64,000 bases of DNA, from positions 115,555-179,554 of the forward strand of contig NZJX01000011.1 in assembly GCA_002692065.1 (NCBI GenBank), given 5' to 3'. The notes beneath the pieces were generated by a model. The model was given only the letters and a program-made list of their open reading frames with translations, was not told the DNA's origin and ran no database searches. The stretch comes from Flavobacteriales bacterium (GTDB lineage: Bacteria; Bacteroidota; Bacteroidia; Flavobacteriales; UBA7430). The number at the start of each line of letters is the position of its first letter. Positions within the stretch are counted from its first letter, which is position 1. A program made the translations under genes and the position numbers. Below, in pieces: positions 31,915 to 40,853 of this stretch.

Positions 31915-32558
31915 TTAGCAATTTTTAAATCTTCAGGAAATGTTATTTTTATATTTTCTTTCTCTCCTTCAGTTAAGAAAATACTAACCCCTGATTTTTG
32001 AACAATAGAAGCATCGTCAGTAAAGTCATCAATTTGAATGTTATTATAAGCTTCAAAAATAGTTTCAGACTTAAAGCATTGAGGAGTTTGAATCATAAAA
32101 ACTTCATTCCGGTTCAAGGGTAAATTTTTTTTGGAATTAAATAATCTTACGGAATCACGACAAGGCAAAGCAGGGACAACAGCATCATGAGTTTTAGCTA
32201 GAGTATAAATTTTGTTAATTAATTTTGTAGAAACTAAAGGTCTAACACCGTCGTGTATAGCAATGATAGACCCCTTTTTACATAAAGCCAATCCCTTTTT
32301 AACAGACTGAGGCCTTGTATTTCCACCTATACAAATTTTATGAGGAACAGAAAAACTGTATTTAAAGCACAAATCATTCCATAATGTTGTGTGGACTAAC
32401 CTCAAAACTAAAATTATTTCAAGGTGTTTAACTTGTGAAAACTTTTCAATTGTATGAAATAAAACAGGCCTTCCTTTAAGATCCATAAATTGTTTGGGAA
32501 AACCGTTTCCCATCCTACTTCCTTCCCCAGAAGCTAAAATTATAGCATAATTTCGCAT
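31902..32558 (-). CDS. ispD: 2-C-methyl-D-erythritol 4-phosphate cytidylyltransferase
   Basis: AIILASGEGSRMG...PKQF N-terminal signature, 218 aa. Confidence 0.88.
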   Translation of the reverse strand: MRNYAIILASGEGSRMGNGFPKQFMDLKGRPVLFHTIEKFSQVKHLEIILVLRLVHTTLWNDLCFKYSFSVPHKICIGGNTRPQSVKKGLALCKKGSIIAIHDGVRPLVSTKLINKIYTLAKTHDAVVPALPCRDSVRLFNSKKNLPLNRNEVFMIQTPQCFKSETIFEAYNNIQIDDFTDDASIVQKSGVSIFLTEGEKENIKITFPEDLKIANCLI

Positions 32559-32564
32559 TTTAAT

Positions 32565-33626
32565 TTATTTTATAAACATAGCATCTCCATAGGAAAAAAA
32601 ACGATATTTTTCTTTTATAGCCTCTTTATAAGCTTTTTTTAATAGGTCAAAACCACAGAAAGCAGAGGTTTGCATCATTAAAGTGGATTTAGGGGTGTGA
32701 AAGTTTGTTACCATACAGTTAGGAATTTTAAAATTATAAGGAGGGAAAATAAATTTATTTGTCCATCCTTCAAAAGGTATAAGTGTTCCATATGTTGATA
32801 CAGAACTTTCAACCGTTCTCATGGTTGTTGTCCCAACTACACAAACTCTTTTATTGTCTTTTATTCCAGTATTAATTATATCACACGCTTTTGGAGATAT
32901 TATAATTTTTTCAGATTCCATTTTGTGTTTAGACAAGTCCTCCACTTCAACTGGACGAAAGGTTCCAAGCCCAACATGTAAAGTGACTTCAGCCATAGAA
33001 ACCCCTTTAATTTCAAGTCGTTTTAATAAATGTTTGCTAAAATGCATTCCGGCGGTAGGAGCTGCAACGGCACCAATATTTTTTGCATATACAGTTTGAT
33101 ACCTTTCATCATCTTCCTTATCAGGAACCCGATTAATGTATTTTGGAAGAGGAGTTTCTCCAAGTTCATTTAATTTATCTCTAAATCTAGCATATGATCC
33201 ATCAAACAAAAAGCGAAGCGTTCTGCCTCTCGAAGTGGTATTATCTATTACTTCAGCAACTAAGGAGTCATCGTCTCCAAAATATAACTTATTACCAATT
33301 CTAATTTTTCTTGCAGGGTCAACTAAAACATCCCAAAGTCGATTTTCTTTATTTAGCTCTCTTAGCAAAAAAACTTCAATTTTTGCCCCAGTCTTTTCTT
33401 TGTTCCCATACATCCTTGCAGGAAAAACTTTGGTGTTATTTAATATAATAACATCATCATCATTAAAGTAATCTATTAAATCTTTAAATAACTTATGTTC
33501 AATTTTTCCAGACTTTTTATCCACAACCATCAGCCTTGATTCGTCTCTATTTTCACTTGGCCGATCAGCAAGAAGATCATTAGGTAGATCAAAATCAAAG
33601 TGAGAAAGTTTCATTTTATTTATCAT
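32565..33626 (-). CDS. queA: S-adenosylmethionine:tRNA ribosyltransferase-isomerase
   Basis: [45 protein letters not shown]. Confidence 0.92.
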   Translation of the reverse strand: MINKMKLSHFDFDLPNDLLADRPSENRDESRLMVVDKKSGKIEHKLFKDLIDYFNDDDVIILNNTKVFPARMYGNKEKTGAKIEVFLLRELNKENRLWDVLVDPARKIRIGNKLYFGDDDSLVAEVIDNTTSRGRTLRFLFDGSYARFRDKLNELGETPLPKYINRVPDKEDDERYQTVYAKNIGAVAAPTAGMHFSKHLLKRLEIKGVSMAEVTLHVGLGTFRPVEVEDLSKHKMESEKIIISPKACDIINTGIKDNKRVCVVGTTTMRTVESSVSTYGTLIPFEGWTNKFIFPPYNFKIPNCMVTNFHTPKSTLMMQTSAFCGFDLLKKAYKEAIKEKYRFFSYGDAMFIK

Positions 33627-33697
33627 ATTCAGAATATTTAATTTTTCAAAGGTAGCAATAAATTTAAATTTTAAGAAAGAAAAAAATTATGAAAAAA

Positions 33698-34378
33698 TCA
33701 AACCCTGTCAAAGGAAAAACTTTTATTAATATTATAATTTCCAATCTTTGTTCTAGTTAATTTATACAGCCAAGCTCCAGAGTTTAGAGCAAAACCTATA
33801 TCACTTGCAAGAGATCGAATATAAGTTCCTTTGGAACAAGACACAACAAAAGAAATAAAGGGTAAATTAATATTAGTTACTTTGATAGAGTAGATTTTTA
33901 TCTCCCTAGGGTTAATTTGAGCGCTTTTACCAGATCGGGCTATGTTATAGAGCCTTTCTCCAGACTTTCTGATTGCTGAATATATAGGGGGGCGCTGTAA
34001 TCTTTGCCCATCAAAAGAATTAATAGTTTTTTCTATGAAACTATGAGTCAGGTGAGCGGTACTATAAAACCTGTTTTCAGCTAATTCTCCGTCATAACAT
34101 GGTGTTGTTGCTCCGACTTTTATTGTTGCAACATACTCTTTATCTAAACCTTGAACACTTGCTAGTATTTTAGTTTTTTTTCCAGTGCATATAATCATTA
34201 ACCCAGAAGCAAGAGGGTCTAGTGTTCCTGAATGTCCAACTTTTACATTTCTGCCAAACCTGCCTTTAAGTTTTTTTTTTAATAAGGAGCATAAATATGA
34301 ACTACTAAAAAATAAAGGTTTATTAACTAATAATAAATTATCAACAGATTTAGTCATTGGTTTATTTTCAATATTCAT
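33698..34378 (-). CDS. truB: tRNA pseudouridine(55) synthase
   Basis: Catalytic motif GHSGTLDPLASGL. Confidence 0.88.
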   Translation of the reverse strand: MNIENKPMTKSVDNLLLVNKPLFFSSSYLCSLLKKKLKGRFGRNVKVGHSGTLDPLASGLMIICTGKKTKILASVQGLDKEYVATIKVGATTPCYDGELAENRFYSTAHLTHSFIEKTINSFDGQRLQRPPIYSAIRKSGERLYNIARSGKSAQINPREIKIYSIKVTNINLPFISFVVSCSKGTYIRSLASDIGFALNSGAWLYKLTRTKIGNYNINKSFSFDRV

Positions 34379-34383
34379 CTATT

Positions 34384-35664
34384 TCAAATTATTTCTTTAA
34401 TAGTTTTGTTGAAAGAATCAATAGTTTTTTTAAGAAGCTTCAAATTATGGGAATAGGAGATGAATAAAGATTCAAATGCAGAGGGTGCAAAATAAACACC
34501 TCTAGAAATTAAACCATGAAATAGTTTTTTGAAAAGAACATTATCTGCAACACAAGAATCTGTATAATTTTCAACCTTTGAAATGTTAAGGTGAACACTT
34601 AACATTGATCCAACTTGATTTATACATGATAAAATTTTATGTTTTTTTAAAATAGTTTGGAGTTCGGTTTTTAAATATTCGGCTTTACTATTTAATTCAT
34701 CATAAATAAATTGGTTTTTACTTAAGTAATTAATTAAGGTAAAACCACATGTCATTGCAAGAGGATTTCCAGACAGCGTTCCAGCTTGATAAACAGGGCC
34801 CATAGGAGCCAAAAGCGACATTATTTTATCACCACCACCAAATGCGCCAACAGGCAGCCCTCCGCCAATAATTTTACCATAACAAACCAGGTCAGGCGAG
34901 ACAGAATATATTTTTGAAGCTCCGCCAAAAGAAATACGAAATCCAGTCATGACCTCATCAAAAATCAAAACAATATTATTTGAATCGCACAAAGAGCGCA
35001 ACTCTTTTAGAAAACCCTTTTTGGGTGGCACGCACCCCATATTGCCAGCAATGGGTTCAAGTATAATTGCTGCAATTTTGTTTTTATTTTCAGTAATTTT
35101 ATTTTTAACGTCTTCAATATTATTATATTCAGCAATAATGGTGTCTTTTGCTGTTCCTTTTGTAACGCCAGGAGAGTTAGGGGCCCCTATTGTGCTGAGA
35201 CCGGAGCCAGCTTTTATTAAAAATTGATCCGAATGACCATGATAACAGCCTTCAAATTTTATAAATTTTTCTTTTCCAGTATACGCTCTAGCTAGTCTAA
35301 TTGCGCTCATACACGCCTCAGTCCCTGAATTCACCATTCTAATCTTTTCAACAAAGGGAATTTTGGAGCAAATTAATTTTGCAAGAGACGTCTCGATCAA
35401 AGAAGGCGCACCGAAGGATGTAGAGAAATTACTTGCACGCTTTAATGCGCGAATAACAGGGGGGAAAGAGTGCCCCAATATCATAGGTCCCCATGACCCA
35501 ATGTAATCTATATATTTTTTATTTTCAACATCAGTTATTATAGCACCCTTTGCTTTTTTAAAAAAAATAGGACAACCACCAACAGAGCTAAAAGATCTTA
35601 CAGGGGAGTTTACCCCACCTGGTATGAATAATTTGGCGTTTTTAAAAGAGGCTTTATTTGTCAT
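34384..35664 (-). CDS. hemL: Glutamate-1-semialdehyde 2,1-aminomutase
   Basis: GGVNSPVRSF, DEVMTGFR, class III aminotransferase length. Confidence 0.92.
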   Translation of the reverse strand: MTNKASFKNAKLFIPGGVNSPVRSFSSVGGCPIFFKKAKGAIITDVENKKYIDYIGSWGPMILGHSFPPVIRALKRASNFSTSFGAPSLIETSLAKLICSKIPFVEKIRMVNSGTEACMSAIRLARAYTGKEKFIKFEGCYHGHSDQFLIKAGSGLSTIGAPNSPGVTKGTAKDTIIAEYNNIEDVKNKITENKNKIAAIILEPIAGNMGCVPPKKGFLKELRSLCDSNNIVLIFDEVMTGFRISFGGASKIYSVSPDLVCYGKIIGGGLPVGAFGGGDKIMSLLAPMGPVYQAGTLSGNPLAMTCGFTLINYLSKNQFIYDELNSKAEYLKTELQTILKKHKILSCINQVGSMLSVHLNISKVENYTDSCVADNVLFKKLFHGLISRGVYFAPSAFESLFISYSHNLKLLKKTIDSFNKTIKEII

Positions 35665-36659
35665 AAGTAAAACTTTTTTTCAGAAATTAACTTTGCAATT
35701 TTTTTTGAAAAATATGTTGAAATAAGGGTTGCTCCTGCTCTTTTAAATGCAATACAAGATTCAATTATTACATCATCTAAGTTCAGCCAACCTTTTATAT
35801 GTGCTGAATAAATCATAGAATACTCACCTGAGACTTGATACACAGCAACAGGGACATTATATTCTTTTGATATCATATTTAAAATATCCAGATAAGGCAT
35901 TCCCGGTTTGATCATTATAATGTCTGCTCCTTCTAAAATATCTTGTTTAGCTTCAAGCATTGCTATTTTTGAGTTTGAAGGGTTAATTTGATAAGATCGT
36001 TTGTCCATATTTGAGGTTGGTGAGGAGTCTAATGCGTCTCTAAAAGGTCCATAGAAAGAAGATGCATATTTAGCAGAATATGACATTATCCCAGTTTTAA
36101 AATATTTATTTTTTTCTAAGATTGTTCTAATAGACTTTACCCTTCCATCCATCATGTCTGAGGGAGCTACAAAATCTACCCCTGAATCAACGTGCGATAA
36201 AGCCATTTCTGATAAAACATCAATAGTGATATCATTGTCAATTTGATTGTCTTTTACAATTCCATCTTGGCCAAAAATAGAATAAGGGTCAAGAGCAACA
36301 TCACTCATTAAAATTATGTTAGGAAACACAGACTTGATTTTTTTTATACTTCTTTGCATTAGACCTTTTGGGTTACATGCCTCTAAACCGGAATTATCTT
36401 TTAGGGATTCAGGTATTTTAGCAAAAAGTAAAAAACAGTTTAATCCAAGCGATGTGCATTCAAAGATTTCTTTTAACAATAAATCTATACTGAAACAGAA
36501 ATAATTAGGCATACTTTTAATTGCTACTTTTTTGTTTAATCCTTCTGTGACAAAAATAGGAGTAATTAAATCATTAACCCCAACAGTGTTTTCTTGTATA
36601 AGTGCTCTAATTTCTTTGTTTTTTCTGAGCCGACTAAGTCTTGATTTAGGAAAATTCAT
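35661..36659 (-). CDS. hemB: Porphobilinogen synthase
   Basis: RLRKNKEIRALIQE N-terminus, MIKPG, YQVSGEY. ATGA-type overlap with hemL. Confidence 0.92.
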   Translation of the reverse strand: MNFPKSRLSRLRKNKEIRALIQENTVGVNDLITPIFVTEGLNKKVAIKSMPNYFCFSIDLLLKEIFECTSLGLNCFLLFAKIPESLKDNSGLEACNPKGLMQRSIKKIKSVFPNIILMSDVALDPYSIFGQDGIVKDNQIDNDITIDVLSEMALSHVDSGVDFVAPSDMMDGRVKSIRTILEKNKYFKTGIMSYSAKYASSFYGPFRDALDSSPTSNMDKRSYQINPSNSKIAMLEAKQDILEGADIIMIKPGMPYLDILNMISKEYNVPVAVYQVSGEYSMIYSAHIKGWLNLDDVIIESCIAFKRAGATLISTYFSKKIAKLISEKKFYL

Positions 36660-36674
36660 AATTTTTTTTGATTC

Positions 36675-37277
36675 TTATCCATTAATTGCTTCAACATTTT
36701 TAACATCATCGCCAATCATATTCTTTAATAGTGTCTCTATTCCGTTTTTAAGCGTTATTACTGACGAAGGGCAACCGCTACAGGCTCCTTGAAGCAAAAC
36801 AGAAACAGTCCCTTCAGAAAAAGAAATAAACTTTATATTTCCGCCATCGCTTTCAACAGCAGGCTTAACATAGTCGTCAAGTATTTCAATTATTTTTTTT
36901 TCAGTAGCATTAAGGTTTGTTTCTTTTGTTTTAATAGAAGTTTTTTTTGGAAGAATATCAGGCTCTTCTGATTTTGTGGAATTTAAATATTCAGTTAAAA
37001 TTATTTTAATTTCTTCTTTAATATTGTCAATATATTCCTCCCAGAGAAAAGAATTATGTTTTGTGATAGAAACAAAATTTTTCGCAATAAAAACTTCTTT
37101 TACTATAGGCAACAAAAATAATTTTTTTGCAATAAAATTATTTTTACCTTCATTGGCATTTAAGAACTCAATGGGGGATGAAAACAAAATTTGTTTATTG
37201 CAGACGAATTTCATTACGCCAGGATTTGGTGTTGATTCAGAATAAATGGTTATATGTAAAGTATTATTGTTTAACAT
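36675..37277 (-). CDS. NifU/Nfu-type Fe-S cluster scaffold/carrier protein
   Basis: Nfu N-terminal domain plus NifU C-terminal domain with the GACSGCPSS CxxC motif. Confidence 0.8.
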   Translation of the reverse strand: MLNNNTLHITIYSESTPNPGVMKFVCNKQILFSSPIEFLNANEGKNNFIAKKLFLLPIVKEVFIAKNFVSITKHNSFLWEEYIDNIKEEIKIILTEYLNSTKSEEPDILPKKTSIKTKETNLNATEKKIIEILDDYVKPAVESDGGNIKFISFSEGTVSVLLQGACSGCPSSVITLKNGIETLLKNMIGDDVKNVEAING

Positions 37278-37306
37278 AAATTACAAAATTATAAAATATT
37301 ACTATT

Positions 37307-37825
37307 ATGGCACTAATTAAATCATTAAAAGATAGGTCTCCTAAAATTTCAAAAAATGTTTATTTGTCAGACACCTCAGTAATTATTGGAGACGTGTTTA
37401 TTGGAGAGAAATCAAGCATATGGTTTAACTCTATTCTAAGGGGAGACGTGAACTCTATTTATATTGGTAAGAAAGTAAACATTCAAGACGGAGCCGTTAT
37501 CCATGGCACATACAAAAAATATCATACTATTATCAAAGATAGAGTTTCAGTAGGGCACAACGCAATCATTCATGGTAGTATAATTGAAAGTGACGTCTTA
37601 ATTGGAATGGGAAGCATAATTCTTGATAATTGTTTAATAAATCCGAATAGTATAATTGCTGCAGGGTCAGTTTTAAGGGAAAACACCATAGTCAAAGAAC
37701 ACGAAATTTATGCTGGAAATCCAGCTGTTAAAGTCAAAGAAGTTAGTATCCATCAAGTTAAAGAACTAATTAACAAAACAACAAACAACTATATAAAATA
37801 TTCAAGTTGGTTTATGAAGACTTAA
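37307..37825 (+). CDS. Gamma-class carbonic anhydrase family (hexapeptide repeat, YrdA/PaaY-like) protein
   Basis: Left-handed beta-helix repeats with the IWFNSILRGD...IQDGAVIHG...GHNAIIHG His pattern. Confidence 0.8.
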   Translation: MALIKSLKDRSPKISKNVYLSDTSVIIGDVFIGEKSSIWFNSILRGDVNSIYIGKKVNIQDGAVIHGTYKKYHTIIKDRVSVGHNAIIHGSIIESDVLIGMGSIILDNCLINPNSIIAAGSVLRENTIVKEHEIYAGNPAVKVKEVSIHQVKELINKTTNNYIKYSSWFMKT

Positions 37826-38334
37826 AGATTGAATTCTTTTTTAATTTGAACAGACCATTTATTAATTCGCTCTTCAGTTAACTCATATTGATTGTCTTCA
37901 TCAATTGCTAGGCCAAGAAAAACCCCACTTTCTTTTTCAGCTTTTGAAGATGTGTGTTCATATCCATCAGTAGGCCATTTTCCGATAATTTTTCCTCCGT
38001 TATTTATTACAACTTCACCAAGAATTCCCACACCATCAATGAAGTAATCGCAATACACAAACTGGTCTCCTAAGCCAAATAGAGCAACAGTCTTATTTGT
38101 AAAGCTTATTGACTGAAAGTCATTAAAAAAACTATCCCAATCGCTCTGAAGTTGACCGTCATGCCATGTGGACAAACCTAGTATAATTTTATCAAATTGC
38201 TCAAAGTCAGTTTTTTTTGCATCATACATGTCATATAGAGTGACTAAATCATTGCCAATCAATTTTTGAATTTTTTTGGCTATTTCTTCTGTATTTCCTG
38301 TATCTGAACCAAAAAACAAACCTATTTTTTTCAT
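37822..38334 (-). CDS. fldA: Long-chain flavodoxin
   Basis: FMN loop GLFFGSDTGNTE, LGLSTW, 170 aa. Confidence 0.88.
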   Translation of the reverse strand: MKKIGLFFGSDTGNTEEIAKKIQKLIGNDLVTLYDMYDAKKTDFEQFDKIILGLSTWHDGQLQSDWDSFFNDFQSISFTNKTVALFGLGDQFVYCDYFIDGVGILGEVVINNGGKIIGKWPTDGYEHTSSKAEKESGVFLGLAIDEDNQYELTEERINKWSVQIKKEFNL

Positions 38335-38345
38335 CTTAAATTTTT

Positions 38346-38357
38346 AATGCAAAAATA
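38346..38357 (-). promoter_or_regulatory. Bacteroidota -7 promoter box for fldA (minus-strand reading TATTTTTGCATT)
   Basis: Matches the TAnnTTTG consensus, 15 nt upstream of the ATG at 38334. The same extended core occurs at 45563-45576 and 45621-45634. Confidence 0.5.
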
Positions 38358-38416
38358 ACTATTAAATTTGTATAAATTATTATTAAATATCGAAAAATAA
38401 TTTTATTTTTAATTTG

Positions 38417-38424
38417 TATATTTG
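38417..38424 (+). promoter_or_regulatory. Candidate -7 box TATATTTG upstream of the 38448 CDS
   Basis: TAnnTTTG match 23 nt before the ATG. Confidence 0.4.
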
Positions 38425-38447
38425 TAAATCTAATTAAAAGATTAAAA

Positions 38448-39179
38448 ATGAAAAAAAGCATATTAATTTTACTTTCCTTTTTTAGCTTAACCGTATTTTC
38501 TCAAACAACAGAACTTAGTAGTTATCAGAAAAAAACAATGAACACTGAGAGATTTGCGCGTGCAGTTAACACTGGTGCAAACCACACGTTATTAATTTTA
38601 GGTTCAGCCTGGAAAACATCTCCTGAGTTAGGAGACGAAATAGCTGTTTATGATTCCAATGGAAATATGGTTGGTTCTGTAGCCTGGGTCCCAGAACAAG
38701 AGGGTCATGCAGGAATTGCAATATGGGGAGATGACGAAACAACGCCTGAGAAGGAAGGAATGGTTAAAGGCGAAAAGTTTACAATTTTACTATTTGATAA
38801 GTCAGAAGATGAAATGTTTGAAGTCAAAATTGAAGAGTTTAAAACAGGAGAAGATATTTACGTGAAAGATGGCGTAACTGTTGTAGGGCAAGCTTCTATT
38901 ATTAAATCTCTCTCGCAAAAATTAGAATTGTTTCAAAACGCACCAAACCCTGTTCAAGAAAACACATCTATAAGCTTCTATATGCCTACTAAAGGAAAGG
39001 TGAAACTTTATTTGTCTAACTCATTAGGTCAAGAAGTTATGGTTCTTGCTGACACCACTTATGATAAGGGAACTCACAGTGTTCAAATGAGTGCCAAGTC
39101 TCTCTCAGCAGGAATTTATTTTTATAAAATTGAGGCAAATAATGTTACTCTAACAAAACAAATGACTCTTGTCAAATAA
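38448..39179 (+). CDS. Small secreted protein of unknown function with a canonical T9SS type-A C-terminal sorting domain
   Basis: Signal peptide MKKSILILLSFFSLTVFSQ. The last ~80 aa (NAPNPVQENTSISFYMP...LSAGIYFYKIEANNVTLTKQMTLVK) match the Por_Secre_tail pattern. I do not recognise the N-terminal ~150 aa. Confidence 0.6.
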   Translation: MKKSILILLSFFSLTVFSQTTELSSYQKKTMNTERFARAVNTGANHTLLILGSAWKTSPELGDEIAVYDSNGNMVGSVAWVPEQEGHAGIAIWGDDETTPEKEGMVKGEKFTILLFDKSEDEMFEVKIEEFKTGEDIYVKDGVTVVGQASIIKSLSQKLELFQNAPNPVQENTSISFYMPTKGKVKLYLSNSLGQEVMVLADTTYDKGTHSVQMSAKSLSAGIYFYKIEANNVTLTKQMTLVK

Positions 39180-39873
39180 ATTTATAAAACTGGCCGCTTC
39201 TTGCGGCTTTTTTTTTAATAAATACCTTATAAATCTTCTATTTATTTTTTTTACATGTAATTTATTCTCACAAGAAAATATTAAATTTCAAGCAACATTT
39301 AATAGCGAAGCCCTTAAATTAAATAAAAATTACAATTTAAATAAATATCATTTTAACATAAAGAAACTTAAGTTTTATGTTTCAAATATAAGTTATTATA
39401 ACAGAAAAAAACACCAAATATTCAGAGATGAAAAAGTTTATTTAGTTGATTTTAATAATCCTAAATCTTTAAAAATCAAGTCTCTAATAAACAAAAAGGT
39501 TCATTTACATTCTTTTGATTTAGGATTAGACAGTATTATAAATGTCAGCGGCTCGATGGGTGGCGCCTTAGACCCAATAGAGGGGATGTATTGGGCTTGG
39601 CAAAGTGGATATATTAATTTTAAGGTGGAGTGGGAAAGTAATATGTGCACAAATGATAATAATCAATTTATTTTTCATTTGGGGGGGTACAAAAAGCCGT
39701 ATTATAATAAAAGAACAGTTTTAGTCAAAAAAAGACACATAAATAAGTTAACATTTAACCTTAATAAGTTCCTTAAAAAAATAAGTTGTGGTAGACAAAC
39801 AATTATGAGTCCAAGCTTAAGAGGGGAAAATATTTCAAATTTAATTGTTAAATCATTTGAATTTAAAAAATGA
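39169..39873 (+). CDS. MbnP-like periplasmic/secreted protein (putative copper-binding partner of the downstream di-haem enzyme)
   Basis: Hydrophobic N-terminus. GALDPIEGMYWAWQSGYINFKVEW resembles the conserved M-W-W-x-GY-F-K-E core I recall for the MbnP family. ATGA-coupled to an MbnH/MauG-like di-haem peroxidase. The only canonical start is the TTG at 39169. Confidence 0.45.
   Translation: MSNKFIKLAASCGFFFNKYLINLLFIFFTCNLFSQENIKFQATFNSEALKLNKNYNLNKYHFNIKKLKFYVSNISYYNRKKHQIFRDEKVYLVDFNNPKSLKIKSLINKKVHLHSFDLGLDSIINVSGSMGGALDPIEGMYWAWQSGYINFKVEWESNMCTNDNNQFIFHLGGYKKPYYNKRTVLVKKRHINKLTFNLNKFLKKISCGRQTIMSPSLRGENISNLIVKSFEFKK
39192..39216 (+). terminator. Rho-independent terminator (GCCGC-TTCTT-GCGGC followed by T9)
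   Basis: A GC-rich 5-6 bp stem plus a 9-T run, 13 nt after the stop of the 38448 CDS. It stands out in this AT-rich DNA. Confidence 0.7.
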
Positions 39874-40853
39874 AAGTGTTGTTAAAATTAGGTTTATTTT
39901 ATGGAATAATTTATTTATTTATTGAGGAAAGCTATTTAAATTACCCAGAGTATTTTCCCAAAACTAAGTATGATTTTTCAAAAAATAATTTATCAAAAAC
40001 AAAAATTGAATTGGGAAGAATGTTGTTTTATGACCCTATATTATCAATAGATAGTACAATTTCGTGTGAAAGTTGCCATAGTCCATATAATGCTTTTTCA
40101 CACACGGATCATAGATTAAGCCACGGTATAAACGATAAAATTGGAAAAAGAAATGCTCCCCCATTATTTAATTTAGCCTGGAAATCTTCTTTCATGAGAG
40201 ACGGAGCCGTTAATCATTTAGATATGCAGTCATTAGTTCCGATAACTGATAGTTTAGAAATGGGAAACTCTTTAGGCAATCTACTTTATAAATTAAAAAA
40301 AAACCAAAAATATATTAATATGTTTTATGAAGCATTTGGCGACTCCACAATTAATTTAGATAGGGTATTAAAATCAATTTCACAGTTTGAGTTAACTTTA
40401 ATTTCGAAAAACTCAAAATATGACAGATTTAGACTAGGAGAAGATCACTTTTCAGATCAGGAAACCAGAGGGTATGAATTATTCAAAAAAAATTGTAGTA
40501 ATTGCCATGAGGAGCCAATGTTTACAAATTATAAGTTTGAAAATAATTCTTTGGAGATTAATCAAGTTTTATTAGACTCAGGAAGGTTTAGTATTACTAA
40601 AAACAGTAACGATTTTATGTCTTTTGAAGTTCCTTCACTTAGGAATTTATCTTATACTTACCCATATATGCACGACGGCAGGTTTTCAAATTTATTTGAA
40701 GTCTTGAAACATTATTCAGGGCCAAAATTTAATTATGTAAGTTTAACTGAAAAAGAAATAATAGACATAATATCTTTTTTATTAACTTTAAATGATAAGG
40801 AGTTTATATTAAACCCTGAAAATAAATTTCCTGTAAATAAACTTTTAAAATAA
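39870..40853 (+). CDS. Di-haem cytochrome c peroxidase family enzyme (MbnH/MauG-like)
   Basis: Two CxxCH haem motifs (SCESCHSP and CSNCHEEP). LGRMLFYDPILS and PSLRNLSYTYPYMHDG are typical of the CCP/MauG family. Confidence 0.8.
   Translation: MKVLLKLGLFYGIIYLFIEESYLNYPEYFPKTKYDFSKNNLSKTKIELGRMLFYDPILSIDSTISCESCHSPYNAFSHTDHRLSHGINDKIGKRNAPPLFNLAWKSSFMRDGAVNHLDMQSLVPITDSLEMGNSLGNLLYKLKKNQKYINMFYEAFGDSTINLDRVLKSISQFELTLISKNSKYDRFRLGEDHFSDQETRGYELFKKNCSNCHEEPMFTNYKFENNSLEINQVLLDSGRFSITKNSNDFMSFEVPSLRNLSYTYPYMHDGRFSNLFEVLKHYSGPKFNYVSLTEKEIIDIISFLLTLNDKEFILNPENKFPVNKLLK

Noticed and set aside
1128-37245. About 30 short ORFs (60-130 aa) in the supplied track lie antisense to, or out of frame within, well-supported genes. 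Examples: 1128-1316, 4242-4592, 6290-6556, 13454-13762, 19628-20020, 20035-20271, 32821-33099, 33136-33471, 36532-36792 and 36976-37245. Further ones occur at 41208-41426, 42576-42758, 45671-45967, 48611-48967 and 63329-63640.
   Set aside because: Each is fully embedded in a gene whose product has clear family motifs. Their translations are low-complexity (Ile/Leu/Phe/Ser/Lys-rich) mirror images of the real frame and have no recognisable motif. I treat them as shadow ORFs.
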